From: Polymyxa betae A26-41
Taxonomy: Eukaryota; Protista; Endomyxa: Phytomyxea
Assembly (NCBI GenBank): GCA_003693705.1
Contig: RBZT01000632.1
Coordinates: forward strand, 10,091 to 74,090
Reading direction: 5' to 3'
Length of the DNA stretch: 64,000 nt
Below the pieces are notes generated by a model that was not told the origin of the DNA, did not search any database, and saw only the letters and a program-made list of their open reading frames with translations. The translations under genes and the position numbers were made by a program. Positions 1 through 11,790 of the stretch are shown here, in pieces; position 1 is the stretch's first letter; the number at the start of each line of letters is the position of its first letter.

Positions 1-2090
1 TGCATTCCCTGCTCTAAAGCCAAACGAACGCTATGAATCTCGCTGATCAGCATTTCGAAGAACGCCTTCTGCCTGGGGTCGGCCATCGTGACCAGAGCAG
101 GCGAGATCCTTTTCTGGCATTGCGTCAGGTATTCGACAATCTCAGCGCTACGAGAGCGAGCATCAGCTAATGCAGGCTGCTGTACTATAGTGGCAGGAAG
201 TGAGGCGGTCGGCGGTTTCTTGAATACAATATCAACTAAAGGAAGTAAAAATAACAAAGCGATACCTTCGCGTCTACAGTCGGTGGTGGCGGATTTGACT
301 GGACAGCAGCTATTGATTGAACATGGGCTTCTTGCTTCAACGTTTTCAGCTGTTCCAAATGCTTCATGAAAGCGGTAAGATACTCCTCCTGGTAGCAGAC
401 TCAGAATCTTTCGAAGAATTCAGCAATAAACGAGAGTTTCAATCCAGGTAGCCAATCAACAGAAATGTTACAAAATGAAATCAAAGCAACAAAATAATAG
501 AAATCATGAGAAACAGCTTCCAAGAAACATCAAGTACCTGGCTTTTGGAACTTTGAAAAAATTTGCCTTCCATTTCGGCAGAGATACGTCGACCCTCATC
601 TTCGTTAGTGAAAAAAGTGGACAATTCATTGAACCTAAGCGCTATCTTAGGCAAACAGGCAACATGGCCGTTCGACTCAACAAACAGATTGTTCCGCATG
701 AGCTCTCGCAGCTCATTGCTGGCCTGCCCCATGAATATGAGCCGGCCACAGGACCTGGCCGGACGGCGCCTTCCTGCTTTGATGTATCGGTCCCCGCCAG
801 CACTAAAGAAATGCTGAAGGTGACCGGAGGCCGCACTCGTCTTTTCAGGTATCCACATGAGAGAAGCTGAGACCGATCCGAGCGCGATCTCATACTAAAA
901 CTTGCTCGGCCCGATCTGCCGAGGCTTAAAAACTTTGATAGGATCTGAGGCTAACATCTGTTCAAGATTTATCAAGTACTTGTATCATTTTCTGCAGGCT
1001 TTAGTCATGAATTGTTCGCAGAATGCTTGCAAATTCATAACAGAAACTGTTAAAGGCGAAGGGTGTACTCATGGGGACGAAGCATTATCCGTCCTGGTTT
1101 TTAGGATATTCTCGAAGGACCCGATGACTTTGTCGATCTCAGCTGAAAAACGAGATGAAACTATCGGCTCATTGACAACAGTGAAGGGATTCATGAGCCC
1201 ATCGACATATAGACCATGGAACCACCTAAATAGCTAAACGCCCAAGTGTCAGTCAAAGAAACAAATCAATAGCTTGGAAATAGAAACATCGATTGATCAT
1301 ACCGATTTGATGTCAGTCTCCCGAATGGAAACATCTTCAGTAATGACGATGAGCTTGACATCAGAAGTTGTAATATACCCATACCTATAGGACAAAACGA
1401 ATCAGATATTCTTAAAATTAAACAAGTCAAATAACCAATCGCGGAAACAAAACTTCTCAATGTTTCGAAAGGAACATGTTGAGCTTACACTTTATACTCA
1501 TCGATGAGGCAAAGAACGCCCAAATATTTATCGAAAGGCGCTGGAGCCGTTCTCAAGGCTTCCACTAACAGCTATTAGTCTTCAACCGTAAACACCAAGG
1601 CATAGAAGCTCACGCTTTTCCTCAATGATATCAATCGAGCTGTGAACATAACTATGGAAAGTGAGGGTATCTCTCGAGCCGAACACTTTCAAAAACAACG
1701 GCCTGTGATGCGGCTGCACGAACAGACTCAATACAGCTATACGCAGGCATTGGCAAATGGTCGACCTGCCTGCCGAGGACTGCTAAGCAGGTAATGCAAG
1801 AGGTGGATTGCGGTGCCATCGATGACGCCGCGGATCTTTACAACAGAAGATATTGTATTATGACCAAACTGTCCATACATGACATCTGATAACGGCTAAT
1901 ACCGCAATATGAATCAGGAGTGATATCACTTCCACAAGATCTTGGCGCATGGCACAAAAACGTTCGAATTTCCTCGGTTGAATATGATAACAGGAGAGAG
2001 TCAACTTTCATCAGGGATTGCTGATCATCAACAGGTAAGCAGCGGTATGATCCAGTAAGGCTTAAAGCTTGCAATGCTACGCGAAAGGAA
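1..2090 (-). pseudogene. fragmented protein-like reading frames of unknown function (decayed gene or unresolved intron-rich gene)
   Basis: Several protein-like minus-strand segments (481-858, 1266-1460, 1838-2074); no clean start, splice model or motif found. Confidence 0.25.
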
Positions 2091-2976
2091 GTCGACGGTT
2101 CTACAGATTCATTTTAGCGCTCTGTTTATATATTTCAACTTGCGGACGCCGGAGAGGTCCGGCGTTTGATCGTTGATCCGTCATTTCACTCTCATTTCTA
2201 TTCTAGCTGTCATTGTCGTCCGTCAAATTTCCGGGTAAGCTTTATTGGCCTTTCTGGTTGTATGATGCTATGATTACATATACCCTATCAAGATTTATTC
2301 ATCAGTGATTGTTATATTTCGATTAGTCTTAATGAGCCCACTTTTTGCATGAAATAACTGCTTTGTATGAATGCGTATTGACTCTGCGCCTACAGGTCTA
2401 CTTTAATAACATTTCGTTGGTCGGTATGATGAAACAGGTAAATTTGGCATTCTTATTGGTTTCTTTTCCGTTATGATCTCCTTAATACATGTAAGACTTC
2501 TGAATTCACTTGAAGACGTAATCTGTTGCTGAACGCAATGCTTTATCATTGATTTTATTTTATTTTGTAGCAGAAAAATGACTGGTTCTCCAGGTTGTCC
2601 TGACTTGCTAGGACGTTCTTGGGTAGCGAAGCGTCGCGATGGTAGGTATGCCAATCTCTTTCAATTCGTGGATGGATGGTCAGAGTTGCTGCTTGCTTTT
2701 ATGGTAATCCTTGGTTTGAGCCGCTTCGCTAGCATGTGATCGAATCAATTAATAAAATCATGTCAAACTATTCAATATTCCTGAAGCTGTCTATCAGGGT
2801 GTGCTATAAGCGATCTGCAGTTGGATAGGTTCATAGTAATTTTTTTTTTCAATTTTGTGTATTGTATTTTATGCTATTTGTCACCTTGATTTTCAATTTC
2901 GCGAACGTTGATTGAATAGGATTTCGGTAGAGCGTATCAGCGGTCCGCTGACATCTCAGCAGCAAAATTATTGCCT

Positions 2977-4620
2977 TCAATTAAGCCTTGCCGCTCCTCT
3001 TCCCGGACGAGAAGGCTTCGCAAAATGCTTTGGGGACTCGAATGACGAAACCCTTTCCGGATTCTTAGTCGATAGCGTCGACTTGGTAATCTCAGCTTTC
3101 TCGAATGCTTGAATTGATCGAGACACAGATATTGACTGATTCTCCAACGTGTCCATAAGGTTTCTCTTGAGAGCAGAATAGGCCATTTTATGAACTCGAT
3201 CGGATCCCTAAACCATTTTCAGCAAAAAAACTAGCTAGCAGAATGCCATGATGACTTCTGGACAATAGTGAACAAGAACATTGTCTTCGTCGTTGGACAT
3301 GAGAAGAACGAATCGTGGGTCATTCTCTGGTAAAGACTTGCTCAATGCATCCACATCGAAATCCGCTCCTGAAGATTCGACGATAAAGGATTCCTATCGC
3401 CACATTGAATTATCAAAATTGCAAAGATTTATCATTATACCTGATTTTGACTTAAAGCGATAACAATGTACTTGATTTGCTTGCTTTTATAATTTGACAG
3501 AGCCGACAACAACTCTGGGCTCTTTGACATTTCCATCTTCTGCATGGCATTTTGTTTAACAGCAGATGGTTGAGAATCCCGATAAGCAGCTTCAGCTTCC
3601 TGTTACAAGAAACTGGGATACAAGCTTGAGCGAAAACAGTTTGGAAAACCTTCTCATCCAGAGTCATAACACAAGCTAACGAGTTATTTTTGAGATGGTT
3701 CTTGAAAGAGCTCAATTGGAATTCATTGGTACTTGATATTTGCCAATCTTACAACAAATTATCAATGAGAAATAACGCTTTCCAAAGCATTTACCAGGAA
3801 GAAAATACGTTGAACCAAGCGAAACCTTCAATCCAGCCCTAGATGAAGCATACAGCTAGAAAGGAGTTCTGAGCAAAGGCAGATTTTACAACGAGGAACC
3901 AACCATTCTGAGATTGACAGATGAGGCATCAGGAGTCCAGGCCAAAACCACCCATTTCCCTTCATCCTTCAGCAATATAGTGCAAGGTTCTGTATCATTA
4001 ATGCTAGATCGCAAAAGCCCAAACAGTTTCGAATCATCCTAACAGTCTCTTTCACAACATAATTTAAGTGTGGAAGCCAGCAATCCAACCGGCTCTGAAA
4101 ATGTCTCGATCAACCGGAACAGCCCGTCCTGTATGGAAAGAAGCAAGGCCCTAGAATCATTTCTATTGAAAGCAGCGGCAACATCAGAATGGACTCCGAC
4201 ACCGCTTTGATTCATCACGATATTGATTGAAGGGGTCTTATGCGCAGTCCTTATCTAACCACAGGGTGTATTGAACAGTGTCGATGTTCTTTCAAGATGC
4301 ACGGCCTTGCTGCACTGAATGGCCATAATCTGTTTGTCCCTGCTGCTTCCATGCTGGTTGCCCCGAATATCTTTGTATCACCAAGCTTCCACATACAGCT
4401 CTGTAGAGGTAGATGCTGTTGACTTGTCGTTTTCGAAAATGGCCTTATTTACGATTATATACATAGGTGTTGAATCTTTCGGAACAATTTTCAAAACCTA
4501 GTAGATCAAAGCAGCGTATTGAGCTGCATTAAGGGCGCTTTGAGATTTTCGTTTTTTAAGGATGTATGAGTTTACAAGCAAGCATGAACTGCATCGAACG
4601 TAACGGCGTTTGAGCTCTGC
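2977..4620 (-). pseudogene. probable decayed gene with scattered in-frame stops
   Basis: One minus frame runs about 300 codons (4620 to 3715) with only about 6 isolated stops, then continues as frameshifted ORFs 3452-3715 and 2977-3186. Confidence 0.35.
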
Positions 4621-4667
4621 AGCATCACATATTGGCTTTTTGTCTCAATCAACTCTCATTCGACAAA

Positions 4668-5774
4668 ATGAAGGGTTTGCTTCGTGTCCTTTTCTGCCTC
4701 TTCTTGATTGCAAGCTTGTGTTATGGTCATGGGCATGGAAAGCCTATGCAGCAAGCTCAACCACCGATGCCTATGCAAGGGATATCTGCGCCACAGCAAC
4801 CGCAGCAAATGCTGAACGTTGGCCAAGTACGTCCTGGGCAGCAAGCTCCTAATCAGCCAGCCAAACCACAGATGCCGAACCAGCCAGCTCCTCAACAGCC
4901 GATTGCCGGCATGCAGCAACCTCAGCAAAACCCCCTGCCGAACAATGCTGTACCCAATGGTGCACTGCCTAGCGCCACGCCTGCTCCTCTGTCGCCTTCC
5001 CAGCAACAGAGCGGCAGCTCATTATCGCAGATATTTACCGCTGAGCACTTCAACAAGTTAAAGGCTGTCGATCCAAACTGCCAAGGTGCTAAGCTGTATA
5101 CGTATGAAGCTTTCCTTCAAGCTGCCACTACGTTGTTTCCAGCGTTTGGTACAACCGGGGATTTAACAGCCAGAAGACGTGACGTTGCAGGGTTTTTCGC
5201 TCATGTGATGCATGAAACCGGGCTTTGCTTTGTCGACGAACAGGGCGCTGCTGCAAAGAATCCACAACAATACTGTCAAGCCTCAGCACAATATCCATGT
5301 GCCCCTGGAGCTAATTACCATGGTGAAGAAATGCCTAATGACCTATTTAATATCCTAACGTATTTTCACTCAGGACGGGGACCTTTGCAAATGACTTGGA
5401 ATTACAACTACATCGATTTTGGAAAGACGCTAGGTGCTCAACAAGCTGCCGATATCTATCAACATCCCGAGCACGTTGGTGCGAGTGGCGTTCTTCTATT
5501 CCAGTCGGCGCTGTATTTCTACATGCGCCAGAATACGCCTGATTCCATGCATAATCTTTTGCTTCGTAATCCTCCAGCGTTCGGCACATCAATCAAGGTC
5601 GAGATTTCTCAACTGCTTCACACACGCCCACTTACACGTAATGGTATGCAGGTTATCAATGGAGCGCTGGAGTGCAACGGTGGGAACAGCGCCCAGGTCG
5701 CCTCTCGCGGCAAGTACTTCTCCCAGATCTGCTCCATGCTCGGTGTAGACCCTGGAAACCAGCTCACATGTTAA
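4668..5774 (+). CDS. secreted glycoside hydrolase family 19 chitinase with Gln/Pro-rich N-terminal linker
   Basis: Signal peptide MKGLLRVLFCLFLIASLCYG; FFAHVMHETG; YHGRGPLQMTWNYNY and IKVINGALECNG after removing introns 5323-5373 and 5598-5651; C-terminal LGVDPGNQLTC. Confidence 0.93.
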   Translation: MKGLLRVLFCLFLIASLCYGHGHGKPMQQAQPPMPMQGISAPQQPQQMLNVGQVRPGQQAPNQPAKPQMPNQPAPQQPIAGMQQPQQNPLPNNAVPNGALPSATPAPLSPSQQQSGSSLSQIFTAEHFNKLKAVDPNCQGAKLYTYEAFLQAATTLFPAFGTTGDLTARRRDVAGFFAHVMHETGLCFVDEQGAAAKNPQQYCQASAQYPCAPGANYHGEEMPNDLFNILTYFHSGRGPLQMTWNYNYIDFGKTLGAQQAADIYQHPEHVGASGVLLFQSALYFYMRQNTPDSMHNLLLRNPPAFGTSIKVEISQLLHTRPLTRNGMQVINGALECNGGNSAQVASRGKYFSQICSMLGVDPGNQLTC

Positions 5775-5946
5775 GCCTAGTACATACTTAATGATCACAG
5801 CGTCACTATACAGTAATGATAAACCAATAAGAGCGTTGAGAGCAACCAGGCAACGTAACATTGCAGCGTGTCATGTGCAGGGGTCATTGTGGAAGCTTCA
5901 TGGTGTCCATTGTCCATTCATTTGATCGTCTCTTGAGAAGCTGCCT

Positions 5947-7209
5947 ATGGCGGTTATGTCGAGTAATCAGTTCTTGTTGCTCTGGTTCCAAAGCATCCGA
6001 TATCAATCCATACTATTCCAATCTAAAATCGACCAGAGCAAGGCCGCCAGCGATGAAGACAACCAGAGCCAGCTTTTTCATTTGCTTAGGTGTCATTACG
6101 ATGTGACAAAGCGCTCTGGACAGCTGCTCAAGAAAATGTTCGTCGTTTTGATGGATCCTATTCGGAAAGGCGGTCACGAGTCGAGAATATCTGCACTCCC
6201 TCTTGCAAAAATGTTCGATCCAAGTCCAAACCCTCATTGTACCGTATTCTCCCTTCATATTTGGTCGAATTCCTTTCGGCGATCATCTGTGGCTATTGAA
6301 TTGCTGACCAAGATGCTGTCAACATCAGCGAATAATGAAACCTTAGACGACCGCAGATACAAATTACTGCAAATGTTAATGTTGAAGTTGCTGACGGAAA
6401 ACAAAGTAAACACAGAAAGCAGATTATCATGGGCGCGATTCGAGCTTAAACTGTCAGATCTGACAGCTGATTATATTGATGATGAGCTCATGTACGTCAA
6501 CCCTTCACAATCTTTGCTACAGAAGCTTCTGCTTGGTATTCATGCCCTTTCTCACCCGAACGGCGAGACCAGTATTGATCTCAAGAAGACAGAAACGATT
6601 AATTCACTTAAAGATATCGGCGCTTTCTTTGTATCAAGCACATACTTATTAGCATTTTTGGTCCAAATTCGAGACACTCGGGTTAAACTTATCAAGCAAG
6701 CTCAGGCAGCTATACAGCCACTTCTTACACCAAACAACACCATGCTACATACTTTAAATCTGCAGATCAATGTAGAATTGCAAAGATTAATGAATATCAA
6801 TTTTCCTGAAACCACGGTTAACGACTCAGATGAAGACCAAGTCAAAATCATAAACTTCAAACAACAAGAAGCGTTTTGGAAAATCCTGAACTTTACCCCT
6901 TGGAGGGAACTGCGTTTCAATTCCAAGATGGAATTTGGACCATGCGCCCCTGGAAAGGAAATCATCAGTCAACTATTATCCTATCTCAGCCAAAAAGAGG
7001 CCTTTGACGTCGCAAAGGCTCTGGAAGAAGCTGGCAGAATCCGCCACATCTTTATTCCGAAGTTCTTAAGTATTGATTGGAATGATTGCCTTTACTGCTG
7101 CATTGGAGAGAACTCGTTCGATCGAGATATCAGCTCAATATGTTTTCAAGAGCTTTCTGCATCCCAGATCCTAGTTACTCCTGATGAGCTTCCAGATCAG
7201 TCTAACTGA
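5947..7209 (+). CDS. hypothetical 420-aa intronless Leu-rich protein
   Basis: Long uninterrupted ORF; no recognisable motif. Confidence 0.55.
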   Translation: MAVMSSNQFLLLWFQSIRYQSILFQSKIDQSKAASDEDNQSQLFHLLRCHYDVTKRSGQLLKKMFVVLMDPIRKGGHESRISALPLAKMFDPSPNPHCTVFSLHIWSNSFRRSSVAIELLTKMLSTSANNETLDDRRYKLLQMLMLKLLTENKVNTESRLSWARFELKLSDLTADYIDDELMYVNPSQSLLQKLLLGIHALSHPNGETSIDLKKTETINSLKDIGAFFVSSTYLLAFLVQIRDTRVKLIKQAQAAIQPLLTPNNTMLHTLNLQINVELQRLMNINFPETTVNDSDEDQVKIINFKQQEAFWKILNFTPWRELRFNSKMEFGPCAPGKEIISQLLSYLSQKEAFDVAKALEEAGRIRHIFIPKFLSIDWNDCLYCCIGENSFDRDISSICFQELSASQILVTPDELPDQSN

Positions 7210-8100
7210 ACGAATTTTGCTCATACTAGTAAAACTGTAAACAATACAAGCGCTTCCATCAAAAGCTCGTGGCTGATTGGTTTCTGTGTTTTAGATAACA
7301 GATATCTGCCCTTACTTCTTCGAGAATCTTTGCCAATTATATCGAGATTGCTGTTCAAAAGCACCGCCAGCTTGGTAGTGGTACAAACAAAACGCCATTT
7401 CTCACTAGTGTATCAATCGATGGGAACGACCAGCGCTTGAGCCATATCATCCCCAAAGCGACATTGAACCGCTCTTTTTGTTATCCACTGTTGCCGACAT
7501 GATTAGAATGGATTGGATCATAATAGTTCGCTGATCTTTGTCCATCCACAGGCAGCGCTATGTCCTTAGCGCATGGCCAGTAGCTCAGATCTATCCTGAA
7601 CTTTCAGTGCCCAATAGCGGACGTGAATTCGATGGACGCCTTGACTGATGGAGCCAAAAAAGATTCTGGCCAGCTTTACTGAGCAGTGCATTCGAGCGAG
7701 AACTGGCCTTATATCTTATGTAAAGACAACTGGCTGCCTGAACATGTCGTACAGATTTGACACTACAGTGGTTCTTTGTGATAAGAGTCTGTCTAATAAG
7801 CCCTGAACCCTGGATTGTGAACCAAATTTTGAATTATGATTCTGGACACTCGTTTGGGGGGGCCCATAGGGTTTCCCACAGTCACGTTATCATTTTTTCA
7901 TGTTAAATAAGACCCTGAAGGCCTGAGAATGCCAAAACCTGAACCCTGATTAACATGACCTACTCTTATTTTCCAGAGTTTCGTATCACCAAATGAAAAT
8001 AAGATACCCTATCTGATGCAAAACGCGTGGTAACAGGACACAGCACTGAGCAGCCCTGCCTCTATCTGGTGATGATTTCGCAGATCTCCATCTGCTTGAC

Positions 8101-9601
8101 ATGTATTTGTCGCCAAGCCAGCTCGATGCGCTTCGAAACTACAAATACACGGCCGGTATGTACGGCTTCCTCGATACGGTCTTGACGCCGTTCTGGAATT
8201 GGAGTGTGACCCTTCTGCCGCTCTCCTTAGCGTAATGTTTTGCTCTCGAAGACGCTCATGTAGTAATCTGCTGAATAGCCCGAATCTAGTTACATTGGTG
8301 GCATTATTGTGCATGGCATCGGGCTCTGCTCTGGTTGTCCTCTTAAACCCGACACTATCTGAATCTCTGCCGACCTGGGCACTTCTATATTGCTGCGCGT
8401 GTCTTTTCTTGTATCAGACGCTGGATGCAATCGATGGAAAGCAAGCTAGGCGCACAGGCTCATCGTCACCGCTTGGACAGCTGTTCGATCATGGGTAGAG
8501 ACTGCTTCTCCTACAGCTGTGAATGTTTCTCATAAGTCTCTAGGTGTGATTCGGTAAATGTCACACTTTTACTCGTTATCATTTGTGGCTGCATTCGAGT
8601 TGGTGACAGCCCTTTCCTGGTTGCTGGCCTATTCGTAATCTATACAATGCCGTTTTATATGGTAATTTGTCTTCCTACTCTGCGACCAAGAGCTGAATGA
8701 CATTTAGGCAAACTGGGAAGAATTTCAAACAGGTCTATTCCTTCAAACACCGCGTTCTGGAATCTCTAAGACTGTATTCCAGGCATGATGCGATTCGGTG
8801 TGATTGGCGTCACTGAAGCTCAATGTACAATGATGTTGATTCTGGTTATCACTGCTGTCTTAGGTGTTATCTCCATAGCGGCTGTTTTCTGTATCCCTAA
8901 TTCTATTATAGGCGATGATATATGGCTGGCATCCGTTTTCGGTTGCAGCATTCGAAATGCTTTGGTCGGCATTGCCACAGCTGGATCGCTATTTGGCTCT
9001 TTCGAGAAGTTCGTTCTATTCCCATATCGATTCAGAATTGGTTGACTTTTTCTAGCGTCTACAAGGTGTTCTTTGATAATTCCACAACGCTCTCAAAAAG
9101 TTTCGTTCGGCGCAATGCGGTGGCTCAACTTATACAGTTCTGGCTCTTCCTTGGCTTAACAGTATTTTGGATGGTCTGTCCGTTTCATAAACAGGTCTTT
9201 CAGGTTAGATCGGATATGAAATTGTTTCAATGTTGGTATTCATTGCTACCAGTGCCCTGCTCTGCCGCTGTTAACAGCCGGCCTTTCGTTCTCGTATGTG
9301 ATCAACAGGCTGATTGTCGCTCATGTGACACACTGTGTTGAGTTTAGCGCGTGTTTATATATAATGGTCCCGCTTTGCATTGTAGGCTCCCGTCTTAGAC
9401 TGTCCAATGTTCTATTGAATCTGTGGCTTTTAGCTGGCATCGCTTTCGTGGGCATCAACCGCTTCCATTTTCATTCCTGCGCTTTACCTTTTCACATTGT
9501 ACATCATTGTTTTGTATTCTCATTTCGTCTACAGCATTATCAATGAGATTTGCGGTTGTTTAAACATCCGCCCATTCAAGATCACTGTTAAAGCTGACTA
9601 A
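8101..9601 (+). CDS. choline/ethanolamine phosphotransferase (CDP-alcohol phosphatidyltransferase)
   Basis: [49 protein letters not shown], NWEE; multiple short introns. Confidence 0.93.
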
Positions 9602-9735
9602 ATCCTAACACAATACACCCCCTGTAACATCTTTAGAATCGGAAGTTGATAGTATGCTGATGACTCATGATATAAAACTTTCGATCGGAAATGATTATTC
9701 CGATCGTCAAAACTGAAAATTTCCAAGCCGTTCTC

Positions 9736-11214
9736 ATGGCCGGTGAGTATCTCGTGATGGCATTGCTGGCCATCGTTGTCCTCAACCCAATCAACGCTCA
9801 AACAGATGACGGAACCGGCGTCCCGACCGATTTCGAAACCGACCCGAACGTTTTCACCGATCAGTGGCAAGGTGACCCCCAAATGGCTACAACGACGGAT
9901 CCGTTTACAACGACGACGACGGATCCAACGGGAGAGACGATGGCAGATCCATCGCAAACCACCACGACAACGACTGATCCAGCGCAAACGACTGGGACGG
10001 AGCCAAATCAGACTATCACAATAGATCCAGAAACTGGCGATGAAATCATCACGACGACGACGACGACGGAGGGAGACGAAGACCCTACAGCAACTGGCCC
10101 GCAGAATGGGATAACGAGAGCTGGCGGACCGGCAACAAACTCAGCCACGCCGCCTGTCTCTTCGCCAACGCCGGCCACTTCAAACAGCGGACGATCGCCA
10201 CCACCTTCACCGGCAACTTCTGCCACGACGACGCCATCGACTGCTGTCACACCGACGACTTCGACGACGCCGACCACTTCATCGACGACACCGACACCCA
10301 CTTCGACGACTCCGGCAACGACGCCGACAACCTCGACGACACCGGCAACCACTTCGACGACCCCGGCAACGACGCCGACCACCTCGACAACACCGACAAC
10401 CACTTCCACAACTCCCGCGACGACGCCGACAACCGCTTCGACGACGCCGGCCACGAACTCGATAACGCCTACAACGGCAACGACGTCGTCCGGACCCCCA
10501 ACGAGTACCACTCCATCAGGACTACCTATGACTACAACGACGAACAATCCGGATGGGTCGGAGACCGTTACGACCACGACGACCACAGAAGAAGAAGACC
10601 CGCCGAAACAGCCCCCGAATGAAACGAACACTCCACCTGGATCACCCCAAACGCAAGCGAGTCCTCCTGACCAGGCACAATCTCAAAGCCAAACGCCCAC
10701 GGGAGCGAATGAAACAAAGACTCCACCTGGATCACCCCAGACGCAATCTCAAAGCCCAACGCCCGCGGGAGCGAGTTCGACGGCCAGTACGCCAGCGCCA
10801 CCTTCGAACACGTTCCAGCCGTGGCGCTCGATCCGGCGGAATCGACCGTTTCATAACGATTTCTTCCAGTTAGGACATCATCATCACGAACATCTATTCG
10901 ACGATCACCATCATCTCCAAGAAGATTTCGATCACGGACACGACCTGCATAATGGCTACGAGAAGGACTACGACTACGATGACGTGGACGGCTACGAGTC
11001 GGGTTACGAAGAAGGCTATGGTGATCACGAGGATCACGAGGATCATGATCACGATGATTACGAGGATCACGAGGAACCCCATCATCGACATCAACACCAC
11101 GAGAACCATGACGGCCATAATAACGGTCATCATTCGACCGAGTTGCATCACATGATGGATTCAGTGACTGACTTCGTCGACGACGCCATGCATCGACATC
11201 GCCCAATCGACTAA
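9736..11214 (+). CDS. secreted mucin-like Thr/Pro-rich protein with His/Asp-rich C-terminus
   Basis: Hydrophobic N-terminus (LVMALLAIVVLNPINA-Q), TTP repeats, duplicated NETxTPPGSPQTQ, His/Asp/Tyr-rich tail; start may be 9691, 9736 or 9757. Confidence 0.8.
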   Translation: MAGEYLVMALLAIVVLNPINAQTDDGTGVPTDFETDPNVFTDQWQGDPQMATTTDPFTTTTTDPTGETMADPSQTTTTTTDPAQTTGTEPNQTITIDPETGDEIITTTTTTEGDEDPTATGPQNGITRAGGPATNSATPPVSSPTPATSNSGRSPPPSPATSATTTPSTAVTPTTSTTPTTSSTTPTPTSTTPATTPTTSTTPATTSTTPATTPTTSTTPTTTSTTPATTPTTASTTPATNSITPTTATTSSGPPTSTTPSGLPMTTTTNNPDGSETVTTTTTTEEEDPPKQPPNETNTPPGSPQTQASPPDQAQSQSQTPTGANETKTPPGSPQTQSQSPTPAGASSTASTPAPPSNTFQPWRSIRRNRPFHNDFFQLGHHHHEHLFDDHHHLQEDFDHGHDLHNGYEKDYDYDDVDGYESGYEEGYGDHEDHEDHDHDDYEDHEEPHHRHQHHENHDGHNNGHHSTELHHMMDSVTDFVDDAMHRHRPID

Positions 11215-11287
11215 AACCAACGTTTCAATAGATTCAATTTGAACGCTTTCCTCTGCGTTTGGCACAAATAATAAACCTATCGGGAAA

Positions 11288-11790
11288 CTATTGGGGTTGT
11301 ATTCCATGTAGTTGGCGAGTAGAACTTTGCAGCGACTGGTCCTGAGCTTGTCTTAGGAGTTGTTGGTCCTTGTAACACATCCAAGCCACCAGCATCGTCG
11401 CAATAAACCATAATATCAAACTGCCTGCATATTGTAATGCAATTACCACATCATCCTGACCCGATAGCACCAACCATGCCAAACTAATATGGCAGGTGCT
11501 CAAGATCACGGTCAAATTTACAAGTATCTTTAAATTCATAGAATGCAAATCGGAAGGGTTAGATATCATAGCGCCAGCAATTGCGACAGCGCCAAAAGAA
11601 CACGAGGACAAAGAAAGCATTGAATGATAGATAGAGATATCGTAAACATTATAGCGACGGTCAGGATGAAATCGGTACAACCACCCAGCAGTATTGCTTC
11701 GGGCTGAAACGAAATGCCCATCGGGCAGGATTGAGTTCCATATCACCTAAATACAGGAACCGATGACCCCATAGATTAGCATAAGCCATG
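11288..11790 (-). CDS. small multi-pass membrane protein, possibly frameshifted
   Basis: Three hydrophobic segments in ORF 11288-11746; the nearest upstream ATG (about 11789) is in another frame. Confidence 0.35.

Noticed and set aside
3715-4620. Alternative genetic code (stop reassignment) to explain in-frame stops
   Set aside because: TAA, TAG and TGA each terminate well-conserved genes in this window (e.g. SMG1 TAA, AK6 TAG, LOX TGA)
10008-11206. Long antisense ORFs over the mucin gene (and similar shadow ORFs at 25.7-26.5 kb and 28-29 kb)
   Set aside because: Expected by-products of GC-rich or repetitive coding sequence
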